Positions 11,669-24,652 of a stretch of DNA of 47,440 bases are shown piece by piece (the first letter of the stretch is position 1; each line of letters starts with the position of its first letter). Origin of the DNA: Fonticula alba ATCC 38817. Lineage: Eukaryota > Protista > Nucleariida. A program made the translations under genes and the position numbers. The notes beneath the pieces are model-generated. The model worked only from the letters and a program-made list of their open reading frames with translations. It made no database searches and was not told the DNA's origin. The DNA is taken from NCBI GenBank assembly GCA_000388065.2, contig KB932201.1; one strand, written 5' to 3'.

Positions 11669-12116
11669 GATGTGTGTGGATGTTATTGCGTACGGCAGTC
11701 CTCACCGGCCCCCCCTAGCCCGCCAGACTGCGGTCCTGATCGGGGCGCGATCGTGCCGCCCGCGGCGCCAGGCTGGCGAAATCCCCCACATTGTCGGCCA
11801 AAGGGGCAGGGGGGGGGGCTGCGGCGATCTTGCTCCCCCTCCCTCTCTGCGGCCTCGGAGCTAAGGGGGGGCTCTCTGACGAGCGTGAATGGGCATATGC
11901 ACGCATCGAGAAACACAGGCGTCCATGCCAGGCTGGACCGAAAAGCCGAGGGCTACTCAAAATTCGACACCGGCCAAGCAGCCGAGAATGCACGATATGC
12001 TATATCAGAACCACCACTCTGGTCAATCGGGCAGAGAACGCCGCGCGACGCGAATGGAATCGACTCGTGTGGGTTCTTTAATGCAAGTACAAGTGGTCTA
12101 TATTGGATATGGGAGC

Positions 12117-12837
12117 CTATTCGGGCAGGGCACCATCAACGCTGGAGCCAGGGCTGAGAGCCGGCACTGTGGCAGCGTTGCCAGGGGGATCCAGTGGGCT
12201 GGGCACCGGCGAAGTGGAGCGGTCCGGGCCGGCCGGAGCGCTGTGGGCCGAGCACAGCTCGCGCTTCATGGTTGCCAGGTACAGGCTCGACGCCCATTCG
12301 GCCGGACAGAACCGCTGGGCCGCATCGTCCAGTGAGGTGATGAAGCCATGGAGCTGGGTTTTTTTTTTCGTTGCAGCATTCGACACGTCAGAAGGCGGGA
12401 TTCCGGCAGGAGGGGCAGTGGCGGCATGACTATCGAGGGAGCAAGTGGCCAACGTACAAGCAAAGCACTGGCCGGCAGCCGGCGTTTCGAGTCCTTGTGG
12501 AGGCTTCATGTTCGCATGCCGTTCAAGGGACAGATGTGCCAAGGCAATGGGCAAAAAAAAAAGGCAGCAGGGGTCAGCTTGTGACAGCAATATGGCCAGG
12601 AAGCAACGCACACATGGAGAGACGATAGCACGCACCAGGACTGGACAAAGTCCGAGAACTGCGGCGAAAAGAGGTCGGAGCCATCGATTGGCCGGTGGAA
12701 GTCATCCAGCTTGCGAATAAATGTCGGCTGATAGAAGGGATCCTCAATGCGAGGGAGGTGCTGTGGAGCGTCCAGGCTCGGGCTGGGGCCGTAGACAACG
12801 CGATTGATGAGGGCCAAAATGCCGGACGATGAAGTGG

Positions 12838-12877
<40 letters not shown>

Positions 12878-15800
12878 CCCCCCGCGCAGGGGTCCCCGGT
12901 GCGGTGAGTGGCGGTTCCCGGGCGAGCACAGGCAATCCCACGCCAGGGAGAGAGAGAGAGAGAGGCACAGAGGGAGCTTGCGTACTGGAAAAGGGGTGAA
13001 CACCGTGGGCCAGCTCAATGAGCGTAATTCCGAGAGACCAAATGTCCGCCGTCGGGCCGTAGGATTTCGAGTGGGCAATGCACTCGGGCTATGTGGCGGA
13101 GCGCGCACAGCAGCAACGGTGAGAGGCGTCGAGAGAGTTGACCTTGAGCAAAGGCCGGGAGTGGTGTCAGGAAGAAAAAAAGAAGAAGGGGAGCAACACA
13201 CCGCCATATATACACTGGTGCCGATCCAGGTCCGAGCACCGCTGGCATCGGGATTGAGGCGTGCCGAGACACCAAGATCGGCGACTTTCACCTCGCCGCG
13301 AATGTTCAGCAGGATGTTGCTGGGCTTGATGTCTCGATGCAGGACGCCAAGCTGTGTGTGAAGATAATCCAGGGCACTTGCCGTCTGGCGCGATGGCATC
13401 GGAGAGAGCCGTCAGCATAGGCAGCGAGCCAAAAGGCCGGGCGGGCAACCGAAGCAAGGGAGAAGCAAGGGGGTTCGGGAGGACGCACGGAGCGTGCCAC
13501 ATGGCGAAGGGCATTCTCACCACCCGGAAGTGGGTAGATGCCGGGCTTCTCCCGGGCCAGGGTGGGGTGGTGACAGACGTCATGCAGCGAGCCGCAGTCC
13601 ATGAACTCGGTGGCAATGTAGATGGCCCCATCGCGATGGAAGAAGTTGTGGAAGTGACCGATAATGAAGGGGGATTTGGCTTGGCTGAGAATCTTCAGCG
13701 CGAGGGGAAAGAGGCGGAGAGTGAGCACAAAGGTGGCACGATGGCGAGAAGGAGAGGCCGGAGAAGGGTCAGAGCCGAGGGGGGGGGGGGGGGTCAGAGC
13801 CGAGGAAGGCCCTCCATGCAAACAGGCAAGGCAGGCCTTGCCCTGGCCTTGAGGACATACCATCAGTTCGGTTTCGATTTGGGATTGCTGCACCACCGAG
13901 CAGGCGAAGGGTCACAGGGCAATAGTGTGAGGGCGGTGAGGGCCATTTGCGGGCCGCGGGTGAACAAAGGGGGAGACGAAGAGGGCAGGGGCGAAGTGTC
14001 AGGGGAAAAGCGGAAGGGGGGGGGGGGGCGGGGGCAGGACGGAGCTCAACGCCAAGACAGGGCGCTTGCTGTGCTCCCGCGGAGGCGAGCTCCAGGCCAA
14101 GGTACGTACCCCGCCAGACCGGTCGGTCGGACAGGTGACCACCTTCAGGGCCATCAGGTTGCCGGTGGCCTTGTGCCGAACCAAACGAACGATGGAGGAG
14201 ATGCCGCTGCCGATGAGGGACCCCTGGAGCATGCTGAAGGATTGGCCTCCGGTCGGGGGCAGGGCCGGGGGTGCCTTGGGCCACATGTCGTCCGGGGTGG
14301 CCGGCGGGGGTGGCCGCTCCCCGGCGCAAGGGGTCATGGCGACCAGCTGCCCCGGGCAAAGGGACCGAATGTCCACAAACTCCAGGTCCTCCATGCTGAG
14401 GCTGGCATCGCGCATGTATGCCGCGATGTTGGCCAGGTAGTCCCAGTTGCCGACCGACGGCAGGGAGTCCACATCGACCGAGAGCCCGGGGACCGGGGGC
14501 AGGAGTGTCAACCCGGGCGGCTTGCCAGCTGGGGCCAGTGCCCCGGGGCCCGGGTAGCCAGCCAGCCCCGGGTCACTGGGGCCCGGGTCCGGCATGGCGG
14601 CCGGGACTCGGAAGGTCGGATCGTCAGGGATGCAAGCGGTGCCATCCATGCAGAGGGATGGCACGCCGGCCTGCAGGGGGTTCCGGCAAAAGACGCAAGT
14701 AGCTGCCGGGGGAGCTGGCGACCCGGTGGTTGGCCGGTCGCCGCCCAGGGACAGGCCCTCGTACCGAGCCGCCAGCAGGGCATCGGAATCCGCCTCGACG
14801 TCCGGGTCGGCCCCGGGCAATGGGCCGAGGCTCAGGGAGGGCAGTCGCGGCCGGGGTGGTCCGAAGGGCGGATCGATCACCTGCATTCCGGCCCCGGTGG
14901 CCAGGAAGTCGTCCGGCAGGCTGATGCGTGGGATGGCCGGGGCCAGGGCGGGGAAGTTGCCCCGTGCTCCGGGGTCCCGTTCGGCAAAGTGGTCCTCCTC
15001 GTGGCCGAACGCCAGGGCGGGCGGGCGTGGCGCCGGCATTGAGCCGGACACTTCTTGCGGGAGGCCGTCCCAGCCGTTGTCGCCCGTGTTCGGGATCTCC
15101 TGCGAAGCGTGTGGGCTCCATGGTTGTGGCGGGTAATCCTCGCACGGGGGATCGCCTGTGGAGTAGCTGCAAATATAAATGTGTGTGTGTGCGCGCGGGG
15201 GGGGGGGGGGGGGGGGGGGGGGGGGTGGGGGGGGAGAGGGGTGCGGATGAGAAGAAAGAACAAGAGAGAGGGTGATGTGTGGGGGAAGGAGACGTGTGGG
15301 GGGGGGGTGCGGTTTGCCGTTAGAAGAGGCTCGAACTGGCGCGCGGCCTCCGGTGAGGTGTTTGACGATGAGGTATGCCTGGCCGGAGGACGGTCCACCG
15401 GTGCACTCCTGCGAGGCTGCATCCGGGGGCCCGAGCCGCGGAGACGAACCTATCATCGAGGCTTTCCCCGGCCGAGTGGAGGGGATGCTGAAAGCCAGCC
15501 TCCCGGGGGGCCAGCTCGTCGGCCAGGGGTCCCGGTGCTGCCGGGTCTTCGGCCAGGGGTGGATCTTCATCGATGGGCAGCAGGATCAATTTCAGGGTCG
15601 TTGAGTCGGCCTTCCCCAGGGCGTAAGCCAGGTCCAGCGGGTCACTGAGGAAGGCGCATGGCGGAAAACCGTCCACCTGGATGCTGGGCATCTCCTCATT
15701 TTCATACAGGATGAAGACGTCGCCGAAGTTGTCGTGGACAGATCCCTGCGGATGACGGTCAGCAAGAGCTTGTGGTGTGGGCAATCGCAGGGGCCCCTCG

Positions 15801-16316
15801 TGCCCTGATCAAGGGGACAGGGGGCCGGAAAGAAGAAGAAGGAGGAACATGGGCACAGGCACATTACACACACAGGCACACAGGCACACAGGCACACAGG
15901 CACACACAGACACACAGGCACACAGACACACACAGACACACAAAGACACACAAAGACACACAGGCACACAGGCACACAGATACACACACACACACACACA
16001 GGGCCACAGTCACGGAGCCACACATCTGCTCTTGTCCAAGAGCACGTACAACCAAAATGAGGAAAGTCTCGGCCAGCACGCCGTACGCTGGGCACTCGCC
16101 ATTGACGCAACCGTCCAGACAGAAGAGCGTCTGACGGTGAGACTTCCAGGGGTACGGCAAGACAAAGCTGGTCACCGGATTGAGGCAGGTCCGCTCGGTG
16201 GAAGCCGGGGGGACGTCGATGCGAAAGCGCCGCCACTGATGCAAAAAGCGACACTTCAGCTGCAGGGTCAGGGGCTGGTCGCCGGCGGCCGAAGTAAGGG
16301 GCGCATAGTAGTGCAT
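12117..16316 (-). CDS. MAP kinase kinase (STE7/MEK family) with N-terminal PB1-like domain
   Basis: Exons 16316-16050, 15745-15450, 15166-14110, 13887-13861, 13692-13489, 13384-13202, 13088-12986, 12837-12636, 12503-12458, 12353-12117 (873 aa), all phase-compatible. Kinase motifs seen: [101 protein letters not shown]. The true start may lie upstream of the N gap at 16430. Confidence 0.9.
15867..16001. repeat. Degenerate GCACACAG/(CA)n minisatellite in MAP2K intron 1
   Basis: Tandem gcacacag/acacacag/acacaaag units grading into (CA)n. Confidence 0.85.
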
Positions 16317-16429
16317 CAGACGCGGAAGGGGCGCGGCAGCACCAGGGAGCAGGGAGCGGCGGCGTGGGGTGGACGGAGGGTGGAGGAGGAGGGCGGGGGG
16401 GGGGGGGGGGGGGGGTGACGCGGCGGGAG

Positions 16430-16525
16430 NNNNNNNNNNNNNNNNNNNNNNNNNNNNNNNNNNNNNNNNNNNNNNNNNNNNNNNNNNNNNNNNNNNNNNN
16501 NNNNNNNNNNNNNNNNNNNNNNNNN
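16430..16525. other. Assembly gap (96 N)
   Basis: Run of N flanked by G-rich tracts, upstream of the MAP2K start. Confidence 1.
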
Positions 16526-17618
16526 CTGGCCGGAGGGCGGGGGCGGGGGCGGGGGGGGGGAGGGGGGGGAGGGAGAAGGAGGAGCGCGAGTAAAGGCGGG
16601 GATGACTCCCAGGGATGGGTGTGTGTTTGGCCGTGTCGGCTGGGGCCCCTGAGACGAGCGGAGGTGCCCGACAAATAGATCGCCCCATGCCGGGCCTTCC
16701 TGGCCGCTGGCTAGAAAGCAAGCGGCAACTTCCGCGGAGGCCCCTGCCCGGGCGACTCACCTGACAAGGGAGCCTGGAAGCGGGGATCCACCAGGGACAC
16801 CGGGCGCGGGTGGCGGAAGATCGAGCCGCTGCCTTGCCGGCCGTCGGCCGGGTGAGGGGCTCGGCTTTTTTTTCCTCCCCGCCCGGGACATGCATGTTCA
16901 GGCGTGCACCTTGCCGGCACCGGCGCCGGCGCCGCCGGGGGAGGCGCGCGCAAACATACATGCACACAGGCACACATGCCCTCTCACACGTTCGGCTCCC
17001 AAGGCTTTTGGCATGGGTCGGCGGGGGCGGGGCCCCCCCATTTTGCACGGCCCAAAGCTACCGAGGCAATGCGGGGCTGGGTCTCCGCCACAAGTGCCAA
17101 CGCCCAGCGAGGGAAGGCCTCAGCCCGCGCCAAGCGTCCAGGGGCCGGGTGGGAAGGAGGCCGAGGCTAGAGGGGGGAGCTGCCCCCGGCCTTGGTGGGC
17201 CCGGTGGCGCATGCGTGTGCACGCGCCACACCACGAGCAGGTTTTTTTTTGGGGGGGGGGGGGGGGCGGGGGGGGCGGGGGGCGGGGGGGGGGGGGGCCG
17301 GGGGCGCCGGTCGCGCGATCCACATCACTTTGGCTTGGGCGCGCCAACGGCACGATCTCCACCCCTGGCAACAAATGCCCGACCTTCCTCCCCGCCATGG
17401 GCCAGATCCCGAGGTCCCACCCTCGCCCTGCTCCAGGTGAGGTGCCACTTTGGCCTGTGCCCTGTGTGGACGGGGACTCGCCACGGCGAGGCTTCCTCCG
17501 CCGGGCCTGCTCGCCCCCTCGCCCCTGTCGGCCCTGTGCGCGGCCTCCTCGGCGCTTCCCTACGCCTGACCAGCCACATCACGAAGCAGGACTCAGCTTG
17601 TGCTTTCTATAGTTGGGG

Positions 17619-17664
<46 letters not shown>

Positions 17665-17763
17665 GTGTGTGTGTGTGTACACGCGCGCATGGAGGTGTGT
17701 GGATGGTGGCGTTTGTCGCCGTGGCCCGAGGGGAAAGGATGCCCGAGACATGTGCCTTCTATC

Positions 17764-19532
17764 TTAGGGTTGGGGGCTGGTGCTCGAGCTGGCTGTCAAG
17801 CGGTGCTCTTCGGGGTCCTCCTCTTCCGGCCAGCCGGAGATGATGCTCAGGGCCGCCGTGCTAACCAGCAGACCGACGGTCAGGGCCACCCCCAGTGAGG
17901 AGAAGCCCTCACTGGCGGCCGGGACGCCCGGCCTGTAGGCCCGGACGGCCGCATCGGTGGCAGTCTGGCCACCTGCTGCAGGGCAGTTTGCTGTCACCGC
18001 TGCCGCCGCCACCGCCGCGGCGTTAATGTGGGTGGCCACTGTGCGCGCGGCGCCGGCCACCGCGGCCCCCGGATCTCGCACGACGGTGGCCAGCCCGGCG
18101 CCCAGCAGAGCCCCAGCCGTGGCCACCATGGAAACACAGTCGCCCGCCGTCAAGCCGGCCATCTGGGCCAGCATGCCGGACCCCACCGTGGGCAAGCCCC
18201 CGGGGCATGATGGGCCGCTGGCCGCGCCGCCGAGAAGCCCGCTCGAGCCGGCCGCTGGGGCCAGGCCGACGGGGGAGGGTGATGGCACGGCAGCCGCGGC
18301 GGCGGTGCTCCCAGCCGAGGCGGCGGCCACCGCTGTTCCGGCCAGGAAGCCCCAGTAGACTGACGCGAGGGCCGTGCCAGCATGGCCCTGGCGCAGACCC
18401 GCGCGCAAACGTCGGCGCACCCGGCACACTTCCTCCCCCAGCCGCCGGGTGTGCCGGCGAGCGTGTCGGACAAGCGCACGCGCCACACGCTCGGAATCCA
18501 AAAACACCCGCAAGCATGCGCCATCTACGTAGATTTGCAATTCCACTCGCGGCGGAATCAGCCAGGCCCGGCCGCTGGCCAGGCCCTTTCCAAAGAGCAC
18601 ACGCAGGCGGTCACCAGCTCGACGGCACAAGGCCGCGGTGCCGGGCCATTCTACCAGTTCGCCAGGCGGTTGCTCGCCAGGGTCGGGCCCTTCCGGCAAC
18701 AAGCCGGCCTGCCGGTCCCCATCGGCCCGGGGCACCCGCCCATCGGACATGTCCCCCTGGTCGGGAGCATGTCCGGTGTCAATGCGCACCTCGCTCAGCC
18801 AGCGGCCCACACCGCGCAGAGCGGTCCCCGCGGCAACCGACAGGATGGCCAGCCCCTCGGCCGAGGACTCGATCCAGTGCTCGGCCCGTGGCGGCCGCTC
18901 GCCCGGAGACCGGCGCTGATCGGCCACCAGCAAGGAAAGCCCCCCCGACAGGAGACGCTTACCGCGCGAGAGCCAGCCGCCGCGCGGGTCAGCCCGGTCG
19001 TCGGGCCGGGCAGCCGAGCCTCCGACCTCCGGGCTCGGGGGGCCAATTGGTAGGGCCGCCCGGCCATGGGTCTCATGCCGGTCGGTGTCCCTGGCGAACG
19101 GGGCGAAGCTCAAGCTGGCAAGGAGCTCGGCCAGATCGCCTGGCGCGAAGGCCAGCAACCCGGCGGGGCCAGAGACGCGGAAAGGCAGATCGGACAGACA
19201 GGTGAGCGGCGGCAAGCAGAGACACGGGTGTTCGGAAGAGATATGCCCTTCATGCCCCACAATCACCGGCATCCCAGGCGCACCCGACTGGCAGTCAATG
19301 CCCAGGACCGGTGACTGATTGGCATGGCGGGCCATCAGGGCATGTGCCCGGGTGTCCTCCTCGCACGGCAGGATGACACTGACAAAAACATCCTGCGGGC
19401 TGCCGGGCCGCGGGAAGTCGCCGTAATCGGTGCCCGGCTCGACCCAGCTGCCCCAGTGCGGGGAATCCGCCGTGCCCCAGTCCATGGCGGGCAAGGTGTC
19501 CGACGCGTCGGTGTCCTCCTCGAGCGTGATGT
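17764..19532 (-). CDS. Hypothetical protein with C-terminal hydrophobic (putative transmembrane) segments
   Basis: A 1.77 kb open frame. The ORF-track start at 19581 is a GTG inside an intron-like tract (CTAAC branch at ~19604, polypyrimidine run, CAG acceptor before 19532). The first in-exon ATG is at 19485 (MDWG). Hydrophobic stretches include ALASVYWGFLAGTAVAAA, VSMVATAGALLGAGLATVV and LGVALTVGLLVSTAALSIISGW. No family recognised. Confidence 0.5.
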
Positions 19533-21168
19533 CTGAGGGTGCAAAGGGGGGCGGGGGCGGGGGGCGAAGATCGTGCGGCACGCGTGCGCGTGTGAAGGTG
19601 GTTAGACATCCAGATCGCGCGTGTTCATGTGCTTCTCACAGGGGGGCGCCCCCCTCTCTTAGGCAGTGCCGGGCGCTCGCGCCAGCCAGTGGGCCAGCGT
19701 GGGAGCCGGCGGATCGGCCGCCGGGCGGGCGTGTCTCGGCCTGGCAGGAGACAAAGACAGGGACTGATGGCGCCGAAAGGGGAAAAGAAACATTTGTGTG
19801 GACGAAGCGGTGAGGGAGGATGAGGCGCGCGTCAGTGAAAAGGGCCTGGAGGTGGAGCGCGTCCATCCTCTGACACACGCGCGCACACACCCAGCCAACC
19901 AACCGGCCAGCCGGTTGCTGTCGGTCTCGACAGCCGCAGTCATGTCTATGACCCTCCTCTCTCTCTCTCTCTCTCTCACTCGCTCGCTCGCTCGCGCACG
20001 CGCGCATGTGTCCATGCTCGAGGTCAAGCAGTTGGTCGAGACACACGCATCGCTCGTGTTTTTGAGGTCTGCTCCCCCCCCCCCCCCTTCCCCCTTTTGC
20101 CGTTTCCCCCACTGACAGGATGGTGTCAAGACCAAAAGAAAGAAGGAATACAGAAACCTACCACAGACATATGCTTTGCCCCAGGGGATGGCATGGGCAC
20201 CGGCTCCACTGTGTACACAGCGGGCGTCTGGAGGGCACAGATGGCAAGACAAGGGCCGGCATATGCACACATCCGCACACATTCGCCCAAAAAAGGCCCG
20301 GCCGACAAACAGGAGACAGACAACAACAGTCACAGAAAGACAGACAGAAAGACAGACAGGCACATTGAAATGGACACACACACACACACGCAGGGGGAGG
20401 GCGCCCGAAAAATGGAAGTATGAACAGAATGCAGGGGTGGCAGGGGTGTACAAAGGCTGTCAGTCTATTCGGGAGCTGGCTGGGCGGGTCGCAAGGAGAA
20501 AGTGGGAAGAGGAGATGTCCAGGCTGGCGGATACAGCCTCCTCGGCCGCCCCCGCCACCGCCCCCGCGCCCAGTTCCCCCATGGGGGAGAGGGGGGGGGG
20601 ATGCCGGGTCTGTGTGCGGGGACAGGGGAGAATATGGCCGAGAGGAGGAGAAACAGGGAGCGGGAACAAGGGGGATGCGGGCAGAGGAGAAGGAGAACGG
20701 AGGGAGGGAGGCCGGGAGAAAGGCGGACAACCCATGCGAGGGGGATACGCCCCCCCCCCCCGCAAGGGCTTTTGTAGCCCGTCCTCCTCTTCGCCCACCT
20801 GGTGCTCTCTCGCCTCCCCGGGGAGGAGGGGCAGCACAGGGAGAGGTGCATAGGCACGCGCAGGGGAGGGCGGGGGCTGCGGATGGGCATGGGAGGCTGG
20901 AAAGGGGAGAGGGGGGAGTGGGGGAGGGGATGGTGTGGCCGTACATCCTCATTCTGTGTCCCTCTTTTTGTCTCGCTCCTTTGTGCTCGCCCATATATCC
21001 TTGGCCGCTGTCCGCGCCGCCCGATCGGTGCGTATCCCCCCCCCCCCCCCCGCCCTGTACCGGGGGGGGGGGGACATGCACACGATGTGGGCGGGAGGCG
21101 GACGAGTGGATGGATACAAAGGGGGGAGCGTGCCGCCCGGACCGGAGGGAGAGAGGGAGAGCCCCACC

Positions 21169-24100
21169 TCAATCGGCCCCGGTGGTGGTGGCCGATGGCT
21201 GGGGAGTTGCCGGAGCCGGGGCCGGGGCACGCCGGGCCTCGGCCAGAGGACGGCGCTGCTCCGCCGCGGCATAGGACGCAGTGACTGCGGCCGCAGCCAC
21301 GGCGGCCATAGCCACCGGCACCGAGTCCGGCTCGGCCGCCCCCCCGGGGGGGCGATCCCCGCGCCCGGGCGCCATCGCGGTGGCCCCGGCCGCAGCCGTC
21401 ACCGGTCGGCCACCACCACCACCACCACCACCACCACCGGCTGACTGCTGCCCGGGTGGTACGGTCCCGGCCGCATTGGATGCCAGCCACGGCAGGGCCG
21501 AAAAGGTCCGTCTCGAGGAGGGGGTATACCCGGCTGAAAGCATCACCGGGTTTCCGAAGGCATTGGAAAAGCCGAACGTACTGAAGTCCCGCCGGTAGGG
21601 AAGCGCATTCATGGTCTGCATCCAGGGCAGCGCCGCGCCCGGGGTGCCGGCACCGGTGCCAGCACCTGGGGGGTTGCTGGCCGCGCCACCGACATTGCCG
21701 CTGCTGGAGCCGGCAGCAGTAGCAGCAGCGGCGGCAGCCGCGGCCGCGGCCGCGGCCGCGGCAGCTGCAGCCCCGGGCGAATGTGAAGGGGAGATGGGCG
21801 GCGCGGCGCCGGCCTGCACCGCTTGCCAGTAGAGGACGCTCCCGGGCCGGTGGCGGTCCTGGCCGGCGACCGGCGAGCCACTCGCCGCATGCAGGGCAGC
21901 CGAACTGTTGCGCAGGGCTTGCGTGATGCGATCCAACGTCGAGAGGGCGCCCCCGCCTCCGCCGCCACTGCCGCCGTTGCTGTTGCTGTTGCTACCGGCG
22001 CCGGTGCCGGTGCCGGGTGCCGGCGAAGCCGAAGAGGGGGACGACATGACGGATGGGGTGCTGGCGGCGGCGGCCGCCGCCACGGCGGCCGCCGTGAACA
22101 CCCCCCCGAAGCCGCTGATGCCGGGGCCAAGGGCCGGGCTGGCCCCGGCCGTCGGGCACGCCCCCCCGGCGGTGGCCACCGTCGGCGTCCCAGACCGGAG
22201 CATGTCCGACACGGTGATCCGCGGCGAGGCCACAGCCGACGCCGGGGCCGATGCCGATGAGGCGCCCGGGCCGGCGGTCGGCAACGGGCAAGCCCCGGCT
22301 GCCGAGGGCGGCGTCCAGCTGCCAGCACCCGGCGCCCCGCCGGCCCCGGAGCCACGCGGCTGGTAACCGGCCATGAAGCCGGCGGCCGCCATGACGGAGA
22401 AGCTGTCGCCCGGACGCGGGGCACTACGCACACGGCCGGACTCCAGCCCCGGGGCCTCGGAGCGCTTCTTGGTCCCGGGCAGGACAATGGTGCCGGAGGA
22501 CGGCGGCCCCCCCGGGGTCAAGCGAAGCCGGCGCTTGGGGGCCGAGCCAATGCCATTGCCCCCGGCGGCCCCCGGGGGATTGCCACCGGGGATGGACGAA
22601 GCGCCACCAGCCCCGGAGCCGGCGCCCGTGGCAGGAGCCAATTCGGCCGCGCCGCTGGCCGGCAGCAATGGCGACAGGGAGCCGCCACCAGGGCGCGCGC
22701 CCGGGCCGCCGGCAATCTGCTGCTGAGAGGCCCCACCGGCGCCGCTGCCGGCCGGCCCGAGAGACATGGCCAGGGGCGGCCGGCCGCCAGGCACCGCCCC
22801 CGACCCCGGAGGCGACTCCGGATCCTCCACGATGTAGTACAGCCGCGAGGACCAGCCCGAGGGGGAAGGGGCCCAGGACATGGAGCCACTGGGCCCGGGG
22901 CCGGTGGCCGCGACGCCCCGGTGGTGCCGGTGCCCCGGGGGCTCGGCCAGACCACCAGCCCCGGAGCCCGGCCCATTGGCCGTGCCGCTGCCCAGGAGGC
23001 GCGCATCGTGCAGCGCGTCCCAGGACCGGGAGCGCCGCATGCCACCCCCGGCCGAAGAGCCCCGGCCGCCCGGAGACGAGCCGATCTTCGACACATGGCC
23101 CAGGCCATCGGCGTCACCCTGCGGCCGGACCCCGACGAACCAATACTCGCCGCCGGCACCGCCGCCGGAGGAACCACCGGCATCGATGGCCAGGTGCAGG
23201 GGCGAGGTATTGTAGGACGAGCAGAAGGACTGGCTGTCCGGGGTCATGGGCGGCGGCAGCGAATAGAAGGGCGACACCGGTGACGCGGCCGGGGTCATGG
23301 GCTCCGGGCTGGATCCGAGCGCCGACTCGGCGCTGGTCACCGGCCAGAAGGGCGATCCCGGGGACGCCGGCGATGCCGGGGGCGACCCCGGCGGCGAGGG
23401 CGATGCCGGCCGACCGACCGCACCTGCACCGGAGGTACCATTGCCGCCGTCGGCGCCGGTGCCAGCGCCAACGCCCTCCACCACCACGACGGCAGCGGCG
23501 GCGGCGGCGGCCGCCCCCCCGGCAAGACTATCTTGGGAGCCGGCACTGGCCGAGGCGCTCCCATCGGCCAGGGCCCCGGCGGAGAGATCCGGCGACAAGG
23601 GCGACTGGGCCGCTGGGCCCGAGCCCGGGGCCGAGGTCGACACCGGCAGTGTGGCCACGCTTGGCGGGTCGGCCTCGTCCACCGGGGCCGAGCCCGCGCC
23701 CGGGGCCGAATCCACGGCCAGGCGTGTCGGGCTGCCAGCCGCCGGCGAGTCCAGCATCACGGCGGGGGGATCCGCCCCTTCGTCCATCGGGGTGATCGGC
23801 TGCGAATCGAAGCCCGACAGGTCGAGGCCCAGGGTGCCCGAGGGGCCGGCCGTGCCGGAGAGCCCGTTGCCCCCCACGCCGGGGAAGGCGGTGCGCAGGC
23901 CCAGGGCCGGGGTGCTGGCCGCCACAGCCTCATGCAGGAGGAGGGCCGCCTCGGCGACAGGCCCGCCCTCCGGCGGCGAATGGGTCCCCGGCGAGGCGGC
24001 GCTCGAGGCATTGAGCGACGAGGCCAGCGAATGCACGAGGATCCATGCCGTAGAAGCCGGGGTGCTGGCCGACTGGCTGGACCCCGGGCCCGAGGACAGG

Positions 24101-24619
24101 ACCGACACCGAGGCCATCAGGCAGGCGCCGCACATTTGCTGGGCCGAGGTGGCCGCCGGGTTGCGCGCACAGCGCGGGTGCTCGCAAGGTGAATCGGCCG
24201 AGCCGCCGGCAGCCGCGGCAGCGGCCGCCGCCATCACGGCCGCTGAGTGATTGGGTGCCAGCTCGTGGCCCAGGGCCGCGGCGACCGCCTGGCGATGCTC
24301 ATGCTGCTGCTGCAGCAGGGCCAGCTGCTGCTGTTGCTGGCGATGGAAGGCCGACCGAGCAGCCCCGGCGCCCACCGACGGGGTCCCGGTGTCGGAGGCC
24401 GAGCCACTGGCCTCGGCCGAGGAGGACAGATCCATCAGGAACTCCAGCGCATGGTATTGCATGGAATTCAGCGGGTGGTAGCGGAGCTGCGGGTGCGAGT
24501 GGTGGTGCGCCAGCGGCGGATCCGGGTCCTCCTGCGTCAGGACGGCCTTGTGGTTGGACCCGGACCCGATGATCATGTAGCCGGTCCGCGAGCCGGGGGT
24601 CCGCGAGCCGCCAGCCATG

Positions 24620-24652
<33 letters not shown>

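Noticed and set aside
13354-15042. Long antisense ORFs opposite real genes (13354..15042+, 24247..25845+, 42389..43999+, 5706..6713-)
   Set aside because: These are shadow frames expected opposite GC3-rich coding sequence. The conserved motifs are on the other strand.
15867-16001. Tandem GCACACAG units and the GAGTGC array at 31368-31466 as possible CRISPR-like arrays
   Set aside because: The units are 6-8 nt with no unique spacers and no cas genes, in a eukaryotic intron or exon context.
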